Assembly (NCBI GenBank): GCA_964653485.1
Contig: CAZZFF010000001.1
Span: forward strand, 65,646-129,645
Direction of reading: 5' to 3'
Length of the DNA stretch: 64,000 nt
Source: an uncultured Verrucomicrobiota bacterium
GTDB taxonomy: Bacteria; Verrucomicrobiota; Verrucomicrobiia; Limisphaerales; UBA8199
Positions 36,209 through 44,957 of this stretch are shown here, piece by piece. The translations under genes were made by a program, and so were the position numbers. Every line of letters begins with the position of its first letter. The first letter of the stretch is position 1. Below the pieces are notes generated by a model. The model ran no database searches. It had not been told where the DNA came from and saw nothing but the letters and a program-made list of their open reading frames with translations.

Positions 36209-36799
36209 GTGATGAACGCAAAGACGCTGATTGACGCCCTTACGCTGTGGGAAGCCACGGGCAGCCAGATCGCCCAGGCAGCCGAGGAAACGTCGCAGTT
36301 GCTGGTCAAAAACGGCATACCGAACCTGGTTGCAGGCGGCATTGCGGTTCAACTACACGGTTATCCGCGCTTTACACACGATGTCGACCTCATCGTGCCC
36401 GACGTTGAAAAGGCTCATGAGTTGTTGGTGTCAAAGGGCTTTCGTCAATCGCTGAAAAAATTGCTCTGCGTCCTGCATCCGAACAAGGTTGAGATAGACC
36501 TGCTGCCAGCCGGGCGTTGTCTTGATCAAAGGTGCCAGGTTACCTTCCCGGAGCCAAGAGACCTGACGGCTGTTTTTCAGCCGGTGACGTTGGAGGAATT
36601 GATTTCGTTGAAACTCGATACTTGGTCACGCAATCCGGTTCGCCGCAGTCGGGATAAAGCGGACGTTGTCGAGCTAATAGTAAGAAATCGCCTGCCACGA
36701 AATCTTCAGGTTCATCCGGCAATGGCCGCGCACTATTGTCAGATTTGGGACGATCTTGCCGCAGAAGACCAGGCGTTGGGAGAGCCGCCTGAATCATGA
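36209..36799 (+). CDS. nucleotidyltransferase-fold protein (minimal NTase / AbiEii-like signature)
   Basis: LVAGGIAVQLHGYPRFTHDVDLIVP fits the GG.A...hG..R.T.D.D NTase motif. Confidence 0.7.
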   Translation: MMNAKTLIDALTLWEATGSQIAQAAEETSQLLVKNGIPNLVAGGIAVQLHGYPRFTHDVDLIVPDVEKAHELLVSKGFRQSLKKLLCVLHPNKVEIDLLPAGRCLDQRCQVTFPEPRDLTAVFQPVTLEELISLKLDTWSRNPVRRSRDKADVVELIVRNRLPRNLQVHPAMAAHYCQIWDDLAAEDQALGEPPES

Positions 36800-37311
36800 A
36801 GGCTTGGAAACACGAGAAGGCGTGCGCGAAATCGGAAGCGCTCATCGAGGACACGGTTCAAAAGAGCCAGAAGCCCGGCTGGGGCAATTGTGCCCAGTTG
36901 GTTATCGCCACTCTGTGCAAGAGCAAACCGGATGACGCGCCGCTGGCGCTCCATTTTTTGGCGCTCTCGGCGACCGAGTTGTTGAGCGAGCGCCACGACA
37001 ATGCCCGGCAGTGCCTGGTCATGGCTCTGGCCGTCGCTGACGAGCGGCTGATGGTGCTCCAGCAGCGGTTGTTTCAGGCCACGTTCAGCCAGGAGGGCCG
37101 GGGCCAGTTGGGGCCGGGAGCCGGGGCACCGGGCGGCAAGGTCATTTTGGCGGGCCGCAGCCCGCCCCAACTATCGGCCCGCGCCGGGGTCGAACCGGAA
37201 CCGGACAGGCTGCCGGCGAACAGATGCCCACGCCCGGTCCAAACCGCCAGAACACTCCGCGCAAGATCGCGCTCAGCATCGGGATCGAACCGGTCCATGT
37301 TCTGCATGTAG
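36796..37311 (+). CDS. hypothetical protein translationally coupled to the NTase (3' part doubtful)
   Basis: ATGA overlap with the NTase stop. The first ~100 aa are protein-like. Beyond about 37090 the frame turns Arg/Pro/Gly-rich and collides with a minus-strand ORF. Confidence 0.45.
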   Translation: MKAWKHEKACAKSEALIEDTVQKSQKPGWGNCAQLVIATLCKSKPDDAPLALHFLALSATELLSERHDNARQCLVMALAVADERLMVLQQRLFQATFSQEGRGQLGPGAGAPGGKVILAGRSPPQLSARAGVEPEPDRLPANRCPRPVQTARTLRARSRSASGSNRSMFCM

Positions 37312-37448
37312 CAAACAGCCTTGACGCCGCCGCCTGGCAAGAGCAGGTTCAACGTGTGACCGTGACCGTGACCTGAATCCTCCCTTCGGCCCCGCCCTTC
37401 AGGGCGAGGCCCCTCCTGGTTCTTCTCAGGATCGAAATTGCCCTTCAA
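37074..37448 (-). CDS. hypothetical protein with GHGHGH tract, possibly a fragment
   Basis: HTLNLLLPGGGVKAVCYMQNMDRFDPDAERDLARSVLAVWTGRGHLFAG is protein-like. The tract is encoded by (GTGACC)3 at 37356-37373. The C-terminal part overlaps 36796-37311. Confidence 0.3.
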   Translation of the reverse strand: MKGNFDPEKNQEGPRPEGRGRREDSGHGHGHTLNLLLPGGGVKAVCYMQNMDRFDPDAERDLARSVLAVWTGRGHLFAGSLSGSGSTPARADSWGGLRPAKMTLPPGAPAPGPNWPRPSWLNVA

Positions 37449-37562
37449 AAGGCAGTGCCATGTCCAGATAAGGACATGCCCCGTGGCGGCGTCGCTCCGC
37501 GCATCGCAACCCCAGGGCCACGATCAGGCCGTCTGCCGATCTTCGCGCTGACCAGAACGAAT

Positions 37563-37940
37563 ATGAGAAGAGACAAACAGGCCAGGGCCAAGAGAGCGCC
37601 TCGGCAACCGTCCGCCGCTCGGTTGGCTCGCGCCGAGGCCGAGGACCGCATGGACGAAGAGTGGCTGGAGCGGTGCCTACGGGTGCTGAGTAAACTCGTG
37701 GAGGAAAGTGGTTTGCCCTGGTTCGAGGCATTGCTGGCCTCGAAGGACTCGCCATTCCCGCCACGCCCGGCTGGGTTTAGGAGACGGCAGGAATACTGCA
37801 ACCGCTGCGGCCAGCGAACTGAGATGAACCACGACTATGACGCGCTCTTCTGCGGGCGCTGCAACCGCTGGATCGACTCGAAGTGCTTGGACCCTGGCTG
37901 CATGTTTTGCAGCAAACGGCCTGAGCGGCCAGTGCCATGA
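37563..37940 (+). CDS. small zinc-ribbon protein
   Basis: Start at MRRDKQARAKR. CNRCGQ...CGRCNRW...CLDPGCMFC. Confidence 0.5.
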   Translation: MRRDKQARAKRAPRQPSAARLARAEAEDRMDEEWLERCLRVLSKLVEESGLPWFEALLASKDSPFPPRPAGFRRRQEYCNRCGQRTEMNHDYDALFCGRCNRWIDSKCLDPGCMFCSKRPERPVP

Positions 37941-38046
37941 AGGGCGCGGTTGATTGGCCGGGCGGCATGTCGGCGCAGCGGCAGTGGCTCGACGCGCTCA
38001 CCGTGACCCGCTGGACCGTCGCGGCTTCGGGCGGGGTAGTTACGGC

Positions 38047-38616
38047 ATGGGACCGCAACGTATCGTAGAAATCCTGATCGAGACGGGCGGGTCTATGTGC
38101 GCCAGAACCCTGATCGAAGCCTCGGTCCACCGGCCCACCCGCAGCACCCGCTGGGTCGCCGCCTTTCGCGACGGGACCGGTCGCCAGGTCTGGCGGAGCA
38201 CCGGCCTGCGTGACCGCCAAGCGGCGCTCATCTTGGCCCAGGAGTTCGAGGCACAGGCGAGGCGTAATCGATCGGCCCAACGTGCGCCGTTGCGCAAACC
38301 GACAATGCGAGTCCGGCCCGGCAGCGGCGAACGGCAAGTTGGCCTGCTCACCCAAAAGGAGGTCGCCGCCATCATGAGGATTTCCGAACGCGCCGTCCGC
38401 GAAATCGAGCGCCGGGCCTTTGACAAATTGCGGCGTCACCCGGCGTTGAGGGATTTCTGGCGCGAGTATCAGATGGGCGAAGTCAGGGAGACGGCTCTGC
38501 CCAGGCCAAGCGCCTGGACGTTGAGCCGGGCGGAAGTCGCCGCCGTTTACGCTTTGGCGAGGACGCCGAAAGAGCGCCAGGCGCTGAGAAAGCTGATGGC
38601 CCTGGTTGCTTCGTGA
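38047..38616 (+). CDS. DNA-binding protein with sigma-70 region-4-like HTH
   Basis: LTQKEVAAIMRISERAVREIERRAFDKLRRH. The N-terminal RWVAAFRDGTGRQVWRSTGLRDRQAAL resembles an integrase arm-type DNA-binding module. Confidence 0.55.
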   Translation: MGPQRIVEILIETGGSMCARTLIEASVHRPTRSTRWVAAFRDGTGRQVWRSTGLRDRQAALILAQEFEAQARRNRSAQRAPLRKPTMRVRPGSGERQVGLLTQKEVAAIMRISERAVREIERRAFDKLRRHPALRDFWREYQMGEVRETALPRPSAWTLSRAEVAAVYALARTPKERQALRKLMALVAS

Positions 38617-38729
38617 TGGCCCGGCCCTGGCCTCCGTGAAAACCGCCCAACTGCGCGGGGCTGTCATCACTCAATGCCAGACGCCTCTGACCCACGAGAG
38701 GCAAGTCCGGTCCAGAGCGGATGGCGATG

Positions 38730-39296
38730 TTACTTTGTGAGCCATGGGCTGCTGTTGGTCACGTAATTGGTGGGGTTCAGAATCTGCTGGGGATCGAGGA
38801 ACGAAAACCGTCCGACTCCCATCGGCAAGTTGTGCTTGGAGGCGAAGTCCAGCAGCCACACCTTGAGGGTGTAGCGCCCCCAAAGCACGGAGAATCTCCA
38901 GCGGCCTTCCTCCACAGGCTCACCAGTGGCCATCGTAACCGACCCGCCGCCCCGCAGCGTCCGGGCGGGAAAGAAAGGAAGGTTGGGATTCATGACGGGC
39001 GCTTTGAGACTTTGCGACCCCTCGACTTCCACCCAACTGCCGCGCCATACGATGGCAGCGGAGTCCTGATTGCTGATTGAAAAAAGGGCAAAGCGCAGTG
39101 AATTATTTGGCAGGTTGGTGTAGCCGGAAAAGGACATGATGACGCCGCGCCTGCCTGGCCCGCGCCTGGCTGCGAGGCTCGCTACGAGGAGCACGAGTGC
39201 GCTGACGAGGACCAAAATGAGCAGCCAGCGGTATCGTTGAGAGCGAACGGAATAGCGCTGCGTCTCCGGTTTCTGGTCAGGCTGGTTCGTCGTCAT
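38730..39296 (-). CDS. membrane-anchored hypothetical protein
   Basis: TM segment WLLILVLVSALVLLVASLA followed by a beta-rich domain. 188 aa. Confidence 0.65.
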   Translation of the reverse strand: MTTNQPDQKPETQRYSVRSQRYRWLLILVLVSALVLLVASLAARRGPGRRGVIMSFSGYTNLPNNSLRFALFSISNQDSAAIVWRGSWVEVEGSQSLKAPVMNPNLPFFPARTLRGGGSVTMATGEPVEEGRWRFSVLWGRYTLKVWLLDFASKHNLPMGVGRFSFLDPQQILNPTNYVTNSSPWLTK

Positions 39297-39705
39297 GCTC
39301 CAGTCTCTTCCCCATGCTCACGACATCGTCCATCGCATAACCGAGACGCCGATAAAACTCGATGACGCCTTTGTTGGAGGTCCGAATCTGCAAATTGATT
39401 TTCGGGCAGCCTGCGGCGCGGAGCAAGCGCTCTGCCTCCGTCACGATGGCCCGCGCCAGACCGTGCCGCTGGTGTTCCGGGGCAACAGCCAAATAGTTGA
39501 GCCAGCCGCGATGTCCCTCGTAACCCGCCATCACACACGCGACAATCTGGCCGTCAAGCTCACCGACCAGAAACAAGTCGGGCCTTACGCCCAGTTTGCG
39601 TCGAATATCCTTCTTCGGGTCGTTCCACGGTCGAACCAGGTCGCACCGCCCCCAGAGCGAAACGACGGCCTCCTCATCTTGCGGCTGGAAGGGTCGAATT
39701 TGCAT
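39277..39705 (-). CDS. GNAT family N-acetyltransferase
   Basis: MQIRPFQPQDEEAV...GWLNYLAVAPEHQRHGLARAIVTEAERLL...IEFYRRLGY is the canonical GNAT core. Confidence 0.85.
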   Translation of the reverse strand: MQIRPFQPQDEEAVVSLWGRCDLVRPWNDPKKDIRRKLGVRPDLFLVGELDGQIVACVMAGYEGHRGWLNYLAVAPEHQRHGLARAIVTEAERLLRAAGCPKINLQIRTSNKGVIEFYRRLGYAMDDVVSMGKRLEHDDEPA

Positions 39706-39814
39706 CACGGTCTTGAGCAGCCCGACCTGCGCCGGGACGAGCATCTTTTGCGTCCCTGATTACAAACTCACGGGGCGGCTTTCAAACTATTTCGCATCGG
39801 CTTGAAGCGCGGCA

Positions 39815-39849
39815 TGTTCGGAGCGGTCAACTGCACCAATTCCTCTTCG
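39815..39849 (+). promoter_or_regulatory. 35-nt upstream motif copy 1 (TGTTCGGAGCGGTCAACTGCACCAATTCCTCTTCG)
   Basis: 34/35 identical to 41057-41091. It ends 27 nt before the ATG at 39876. Confidence 0.6.
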
Positions 39850-39875
39850 CGGCAAGGTTGTGCGATGCTGCCGGG

Positions 39876-41042
39876 ATGGCTAACGCGAATGCCGACAAAA
39901 CCGATTCTGCGGCGGACTGCTGTGCGGCAGTCCCTTTGGATGCTGCGCCCAGCCCCGCGCTTCAAACCCTGCTCAGCGCGTGGGGCGGCGGGGGCGAGCA
40001 TGACGAACAGCCCTCGGACCCGCCGCGCCCGTCGTTCTTCGTACTGCCCGTGTTCGAACAACTCCACCGCCAGCCCTACCACTCGATCGTCGTCCATGGC
40101 CCCTTCAACTTGAAGGAGTTGCTCAATGATCATCGTCCGAAACTCTTCCGCTCCGAGGCGCGTTTGAACGAAAAGTCCAAGCCGCTTTTGGAACGTCTCC
40201 TCTTCAAGTTAGAAGATGGGGTCTTCGCCTTTTACGATTACCCGAACGTCACCGTCTATGCCCCCACCCCGGAGAAGGCAGCGGAAGTCGCCCTCCGGTT
40301 CCGCCGCTACATCCGCCCGCCAGGTCCTAAGAAGCCTGGCTTTCACCTGCTCCGCATTGATAGCTCTTACCCCGAGACTGAGTTTGTTCCGGTGACGCGC
40401 TTCATCACCTTCAGCGATGAAGCCGTCCGTCTTCATTACGGCGACGACTTCGTGGAGTGGGAACAGGACTGGATCGAACGCCTGAGCCAGCGCGCCAGCG
40501 GCGTCAGCGTGTTGTTCGGCCCGCCCGGCTGCGGCAAGACCACCTACTTGAGGGCGCTCATGGCCAAACTGCTGGACCGGTACGTGTTCTATTACCTGCC
40601 CATCTCGGAGTTTGAGATTCTGAGCAACCCACGTTTCGTGGGCTTCTGGCTTCGCGAATCGAAGCATCACGGCGACAAGCACAAGATCGCGATTCTCGAA
40701 GACGCCGAGGAGTTGCTGCTGCCGCGTGACGAGAGCAGCCGCGCACGCGTCAGCAACCTCCTGAACATCGGGGACGGCTTCCTCGGCGACCATTTGAAGC
40801 TTCAGGTCATTGCGACGACGAACGTGCCGATGCAAAACCTGGACCCTGCCGTAACCCGTCCGGGCCGCTTGATGGGGGCGCGTGAGTTTCCACGCCTGAG
40901 CCGTGCGTCGGCCTTGCGCCTGGCGGAAGCCAAGGGCATCGGCCTGCTGCCGGAACAAGCGGACTACTCGCTGGCCGAAATCTATTGCCGCGCCCCGCTT
41001 GCCGCCAAGTTGCAGAAGGCGCGTCGCCTGGGCTTTGCCTGA
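39876..41042 (+). CDS. classical AAA+ ATPase with novel N-terminal domain
   Basis: Walker A GPPGCGKTT, Walker B IAILEDAEE, sensor-1 ATTN, Arg finger RPGRL. The ~200-aa N-terminal region was not recognised. Confidence 0.85.
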   Translation: MANANADKTDSAADCCAAVPLDAAPSPALQTLLSAWGGGGEHDEQPSDPPRPSFFVLPVFEQLHRQPYHSIVVHGPFNLKELLNDHRPKLFRSEARLNEKSKPLLERLLFKLEDGVFAFYDYPNVTVYAPTPEKAAEVALRFRRYIRPPGPKKPGFHLLRIDSSYPETEFVPVTRFITFSDEAVRLHYGDDFVEWEQDWIERLSQRASGVSVLFGPPGCGKTTYLRALMAKLLDRYVFYYLPISEFEILSNPRFVGFWLRESKHHGDKHKIAILEDAEELLLPRDESSRARVSNLLNIGDGFLGDHLKLQVIATTNVPMQNLDPAVTRPGRLMGAREFPRLSRASALRLAEAKGIGLLPEQADYSLAEIYCRAPLAAKLQKARRLGFA

Positions 41043-41056
41043 TAAACGGCAGGCGC

Positions 41057-41091
41057 TGTTCGGAACGGTCAACTGCACCAATTCCTCTTCG
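41057..41091 (+). promoter_or_regulatory. 35-nt upstream motif copy 2
   Basis: Ends 30 nt before the ATG at 41121. One mismatch to copy 1. Confidence 0.6.
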
Positions 41092-41120
41092 GGGCCTCGC
41101 CATGCCAGACTGGCTGGCTG

Positions 41121-41483
41121 ATGAAAAAATCACCTGAACCGGCCTCGAACAATCCGAACCCCAAATACCTTCTCATTCACACGTCCACCGACCTTGACCT
41201 CCGCGAATTGCGTGCGCTCGGCCTCACCGCCAAGGGCGACGGCACCGAGAAGGCCGACATCGGAGGCGACAAGACCGCCCATGGCGGCGGCCCCCGCAAG
41301 GACGACGGCTCCAGCCCTGACTCGGCGGTGACCTTCAACGGCATCAACCAGAAATGTGCCGTGCCGGATTGCAAGGAGTGGGCGACCACGACCGCGACGA
41401 TCAGCATCAACGGTGAACCCAAAGCGGGCCTGCCGGTGTGTACTTGCCACGCCGAGGCTGCCGCTAAAGACGTGGAGAAGTAG
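41121..41483 (+). CDS. hypothetical protein (120 aa, Cys-containing C-terminus)
   Basis: MKKSPEPASNNPNPKYLLIHTS... ; CAVPDCKEW...CTCH. Confidence 0.55.
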   Translation: MKKSPEPASNNPNPKYLLIHTSTDLDLRELRALGLTAKGDGTEKADIGGDKTAHGGGPRKDDGSSPDSAVTFNGINQKCAVPDCKEWATTTATISINGEPKAGLPVCTCHAEAAAKDVEK

Positions 41484-41484
41484 T

Positions 41485-42645
41485 ATGAACGACTACGGCT
41501 GTCATGCTCGCCGGACGGCTCATGCAGCAACCGAACGAACCGACCGTTTGCGGGAACGCCGCCAGCCGATTCCACCGGCTGTCGGACAAGGCTTCGACCC
41601 GGCAGGCCCAGGCCGGATGGCCGACCATTCCGCTGAGGGTGCCAACACGCGCTGGCGCTCCCTGTCCGACTACTTCGCGGAGCAGCACCGGATATTCCAG
41701 GGCACCGAGATTGCCGCCCTGCTCGAACCGCGCCGGATTCAACCGCCGCCAGGTTACCATTCGATCAAATGCGTCAGCGCAGGGATGTTCGCGCTGCTCA
41801 GCAACGGCATTCTCAAAAAGGCGGTCGGGCTTCCGGGTGTTCCCACCGAGGTTTCCGCCCACGTCATCATCTATCAGGTGGTCCGGTATCGTGTGCCGAT
41901 CTACTTCATCGCTGAGGACTTTATCCGCGCCGTGGCCGCGACCGACCTGCCGCACGACTTCACGCTGGAGGACTTGCACTGGCCGATGCCCGCAATGGTG
42001 GTGGGGTTCCCGGCGCGGTTCATGCAGGAATACCTGGGCCGGGATGTTTGCTACGTTTACGCCGCCAACTGCGACGCCGGGGACTACGCCCTGCACGTGT
42101 TGCCGGGGTGCCCGCCCATCACCGTGCCCAGGGCCAAGGTCTCCTGGCAGCACTACTCCTTTAAGGACGGCAAGCTGGAGAGCTTCCTCTCCTCGTATTT
42201 CCGCCAGGACCGGGTGGACGAGACGATTTCGAACTACGCTTACACCGATTACACCGGCGTCAAGGACGAGGCGGGTATCGCGACCGACAAGGACATCACC
42301 GACCGGCTTTCGGCCCTGATGCTGAAGCTGCTGGTCATCCTGAACACGCGCCCGCACTTGATCGAGGCCGGGCAATGCGTCCGCCCGCAGAAGATAAAGC
42401 ACGGGCGGGTGAAGCACTGCGAGTTGTGGTCGCCCAACGTGATTGGCCGGGGTTATCACGCGCTCCGGGACGACCGCGAGCCTGGCGGCGGCACCCACGC
42501 CAGCCCTCGGCTCCACTGGCGCAGAGGCTTTGTGCGCAGCCAGCCGCACGGGCCGCAGCGGTCCCTGCGCAAGCCGGTGTGGATCGAGCCGGTGTTGGTG
42601 GGGCTTCGCGCTGAGGCGAGCGCTGAGAAAGGTCAGGGCCTATGA
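41485..42645 (+). CDS. hypothetical protein (386 aa)
   Basis: ATG 2 nt after the upstream stop. Protein-like throughout. No family recognised. Confidence 0.65.
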   Translation: MNDYGCHARRTAHAATERTDRLRERRQPIPPAVGQGFDPAGPGRMADHSAEGANTRWRSLSDYFAEQHRIFQGTEIAALLEPRRIQPPPGYHSIKCVSAGMFALLSNGILKKAVGLPGVPTEVSAHVIIYQVVRYRVPIYFIAEDFIRAVAATDLPHDFTLEDLHWPMPAMVVGFPARFMQEYLGRDVCYVYAANCDAGDYALHVLPGCPPITVPRAKVSWQHYSFKDGKLESFLSSYFRQDRVDETISNYAYTDYTGVKDEAGIATDKDITDRLSALMLKLLVILNTRPHLIEAGQCVRPQKIKHGRVKHCELWSPNVIGRGYHALRDDREPGGGTHASPRLHWRRGFVRSQPHGPQRSLRKPVWIEPVLVGLRAEASAEKGQGL

Positions 42646-43211
42646 CCCCGGAACAACGCGCACTGGCGGACGCCGTGGCGGCGGAACTGAAGCTCGTGGC
42701 GGCTGCGGGTTTCGAGGACCGCTGGGCGCGGGTCTTCGACTTGCCCGATGGCGGCAGGTTGTTTTTGCAGGCGGCGCGGGACAAAGGCCAGTTGCATATT
42801 TCCGCCAGCGTGGCCGAGGCGCTCCGTGAGCACCGGCCGTACTACCGAGAAGGCGAAGCGCCCAAGACCAGGATGAACGTGGCCATGTCTAAGGACGCGA
42901 AGCGCATCGGGGCGGATGTCCGGCGCAGGCTGTTGCCGGAATATGAGCGCGAGAGGGCCGCCTGCACTGCCAAGAAAGCCCAGTGGGACGATACCAACGC
43001 CAAGCGCATCCTGGCCTTGACCAAGGTCGCCGCTCCGTTCGGAGAGCGCGTCTTATGCGACGAGCGGACCGGCGAACCGCGCCCGCTCTCCATTGACCGG
43101 GAGGGCAAGTTCAGCCTGACGGCCAAGCCGTTCTGCGAGGCGGTGAAACTGGAAATCGAGGTCTCGCCGGACGTGGCGGGCAAGATCGCGTCGCTGCTGG
43201 CGACGCTGTAG
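42642..43211 (+). CDS. hypothetical protein (189 aa)
   Basis: ATGA overlap with the upstream stop. Confidence 0.65.
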   Translation: MTPEQRALADAVAAELKLVAAAGFEDRWARVFDLPDGGRLFLQAARDKGQLHISASVAEALREHRPYYREGEAPKTRMNVAMSKDAKRIGADVRRRLLPEYERERAACTAKKAQWDDTNAKRILALTKVAAPFGERVLCDERTGEPRPLSIDREGKFSLTAKPFCEAVKLEIEVSPDVAGKIASLLATL

Positions 43212-43230
43212 CCCTGGGGGTCAACGAGGT

Positions 43231-43422
43231 ATGGACGAAGGCATCAACAATTCAATGCGCAGTGGCGGCGAAGACCCGAAGGAGTTTTTCAAGCGTTTGC
43301 CGCGACCGGCTGTGAAGCCCAAGGGCGAAGACCCAAAAGACTTCCTGCGGCGGATGTCCGCACAGCGGCGAGCAGACGCAAATCAGGGGCCAGGCCAGCA
43401 CCCCGGCCCGGACGCGCCTTGA
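43231..43422 (+). CDS. small protein with two GEDPK(E/D)F motifs
   Basis: GGEDPKEFFKRL (43267-43299) and KGEDPKDFLRRMS (43324-43359). Confidence 0.55.
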   Translation: MDEGINNSMRSGGEDPKEFFKRLPRPAVKPKGEDPKDFLRRMSAQRRADANQGPGQHPGPDAP

Positions 43423-43456
43423 TCGGCACGGCCCCAGGCCCTGCGACCGACCAGCA

Positions 43457-43885
43457 ATGAACGCCTCGACTACCGACTCCGAGCAACTGCTCGCAGCCAT
43501 CGTGCCCCAGTGGCACGGCCCGGAGTCGCCTCACGCGTTCTTCCAGTTCCTTCGCGCCGACCGCGCCTATTTTCATCGTGCGCTTTCGAAGATGCTCGGC
43601 TCAGTCGGTTTTGAGACGAGGCGAATAACAAAGCGGTCACAGCACCACGTCTGGAATCTGCATCTGCTGAGCGGCACCGTGCGCCCCGGCTGCGAGGAGG
43701 AGACGGCGCGGCAGGTCATCAGCACCACGCTCCAGCGTTGCGGGTGGGATTGTCGGGAAAAGGACATCGAGGTTGCCGTGATCGGCAACCGAGTCGGCGC
43801 GGCGTTCATTTTCGCGGAAGGGCATACCGGCTCGCTGATCTTCTCCAAGCAGCGGGCATCCTGGTGCGCGGATGACTGGCCTTGA
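43457..43885 (+). CDS. hypothetical protein (142 aa)
   Basis: Protein-like ORF following the motif-bearing small ORF. Confidence 0.55.
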   Translation: MNASTTDSEQLLAAIVPQWHGPESPHAFFQFLRADRAYFHRALSKMLGSVGFETRRITKRSQHHVWNLHLLSGTVRPGCEEETARQVISTTLQRCGWDCREKDIEVAVIGNRVGAAFIFAEGHTGSLIFSKQRASWCADDWP

Positions 43886-44111
43886 CTCAGTGATGGTTGT
43901 CGAGGGCTTTCGAGCGCGGCATCGCGATGGTTCTGTTCACAGATTATGGCCCGCTTGGCCCCCGCTTACCACCATGCGGCTTTCGCAGCCGCCAGCATTG
44001 GATCGGCATCCGGGTGCCCGCGTAAACCAGTCCTCCGGCAAGGCCATCACCCGGCCATGCTCGAAATGACTGACCGAAGCTAAACCCGGCCTAGCCCTCG
44101 TTCCTGTGCGG

Positions 44112-44750
44112 CTAGGGGTTGCTGTGCCTCGACACCTTCCGCTTGTCCTGGCGAGCAAGGGTCATCATGCCGTTTACGTGGCAGACCAACTGGTTGACGC
44201 CCACTTGAAAAATGTCCCGGCTCGTAGCTCCTTCGGGAGGCTTAGCGAACATGGATATTTCGTGCCACTTGAGCGACAGGCACCAAGATCGAATCGCCTC
44301 GTCGTCGAATGACACGCGGAGGTCATGTGCGAATCGGTTCCGAATCTTCCCGACCAAACGCAGGTCATCGCGGATAATCGTGCCGATTAACCCAAGACAA
44401 TAGGCAGCCGTTATTTTGCCTCCGAAGGTGCCAAGGGGTCCGTCATGCTGGAGCAGCTTTTGCACTTCCTTTTCATCATCAACCATGAAACTGATGAGCG
44501 TGTGTTCTAGCAATGCGTCAAGATATGCCGCGCCAATAATCGCGACGGCCCTATCACTCTTTTCCTCTCGGAATGAATCCGAGAAATCACGCAGGTCGGC
44601 ATTTAGAGCAAAATAGTTTTCAAGCTCCTTCCCCTGAATAATGGTCCGGTCTAGCCCATTGGATTCGCGGTTGTCGTCATTTCGCATTGACCGTTCATAG
44701 ATCGTCTCCTCGCCGTTACAAGCCGCAAATGCGGACTCGGGTAATCTCAC
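44112..44750 (-). CDS. MtlR/MltR-like helical domain protein
   Basis: SDRAVAIIGAAYLDALLEHTLISFMVDD...GPLGTFGGKITAAYCLGLIG...LRLVGKIRNRFAH matches the mannitol-repressor-like domain pattern. The gene body is AT-richer than its flanks. Confidence 0.7.
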   Translation of the reverse strand: MRLPESAFAACNGEETIYERSMRNDDNRESNGLDRTIIQGKELENYFALNADLRDFSDSFREEKSDRAVAIIGAAYLDALLEHTLISFMVDDEKEVQKLLQHDGPLGTFGGKITAAYCLGLIGTIIRDDLRLVGKIRNRFAHDLRVSFDDEAIRSWCLSLKWHEISMFAKPPEGATSRDIFQVGVNQLVCHVNGMMTLARQDKRKVSRHSNP

Positions 44751-44957
44751 CAGCCAAAACCCCGAGGCCGAAAGCCAAGCACCGGTCCCTGTTGCCGCCG
44801 CCCAACACCCAAGCCGTCCCGTGCAAACGCGGAGGCGGATGCGGCCAGGACGGCGTCAAGGTAGAAACCGCAGGGGCACCCTGCAACACGACACAGGTTG
44901 CCCCCACGGGTGCCTCAACAACTCCCAGGTGGGCCAGCAGGAGGCGTCCGCTGGAAA

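Noticed and set aside
37356-37373. (GTGACC)3 hexanucleotide repeat as a phase-variation tract
   Set aside because: The unit length is a multiple of three, so copy changes would not shift the frame. It probably just encodes a GHGHGH tract on the - strand.
40209-42549. Antisense ORFs 40209-41081 (290 aa) and 41464-42549 (361 aa)
   Set aside because: They lie opposite the AAA+ ATPase and the 386-aa gene. The sense strand has canonical Walker motifs and coupled starts.
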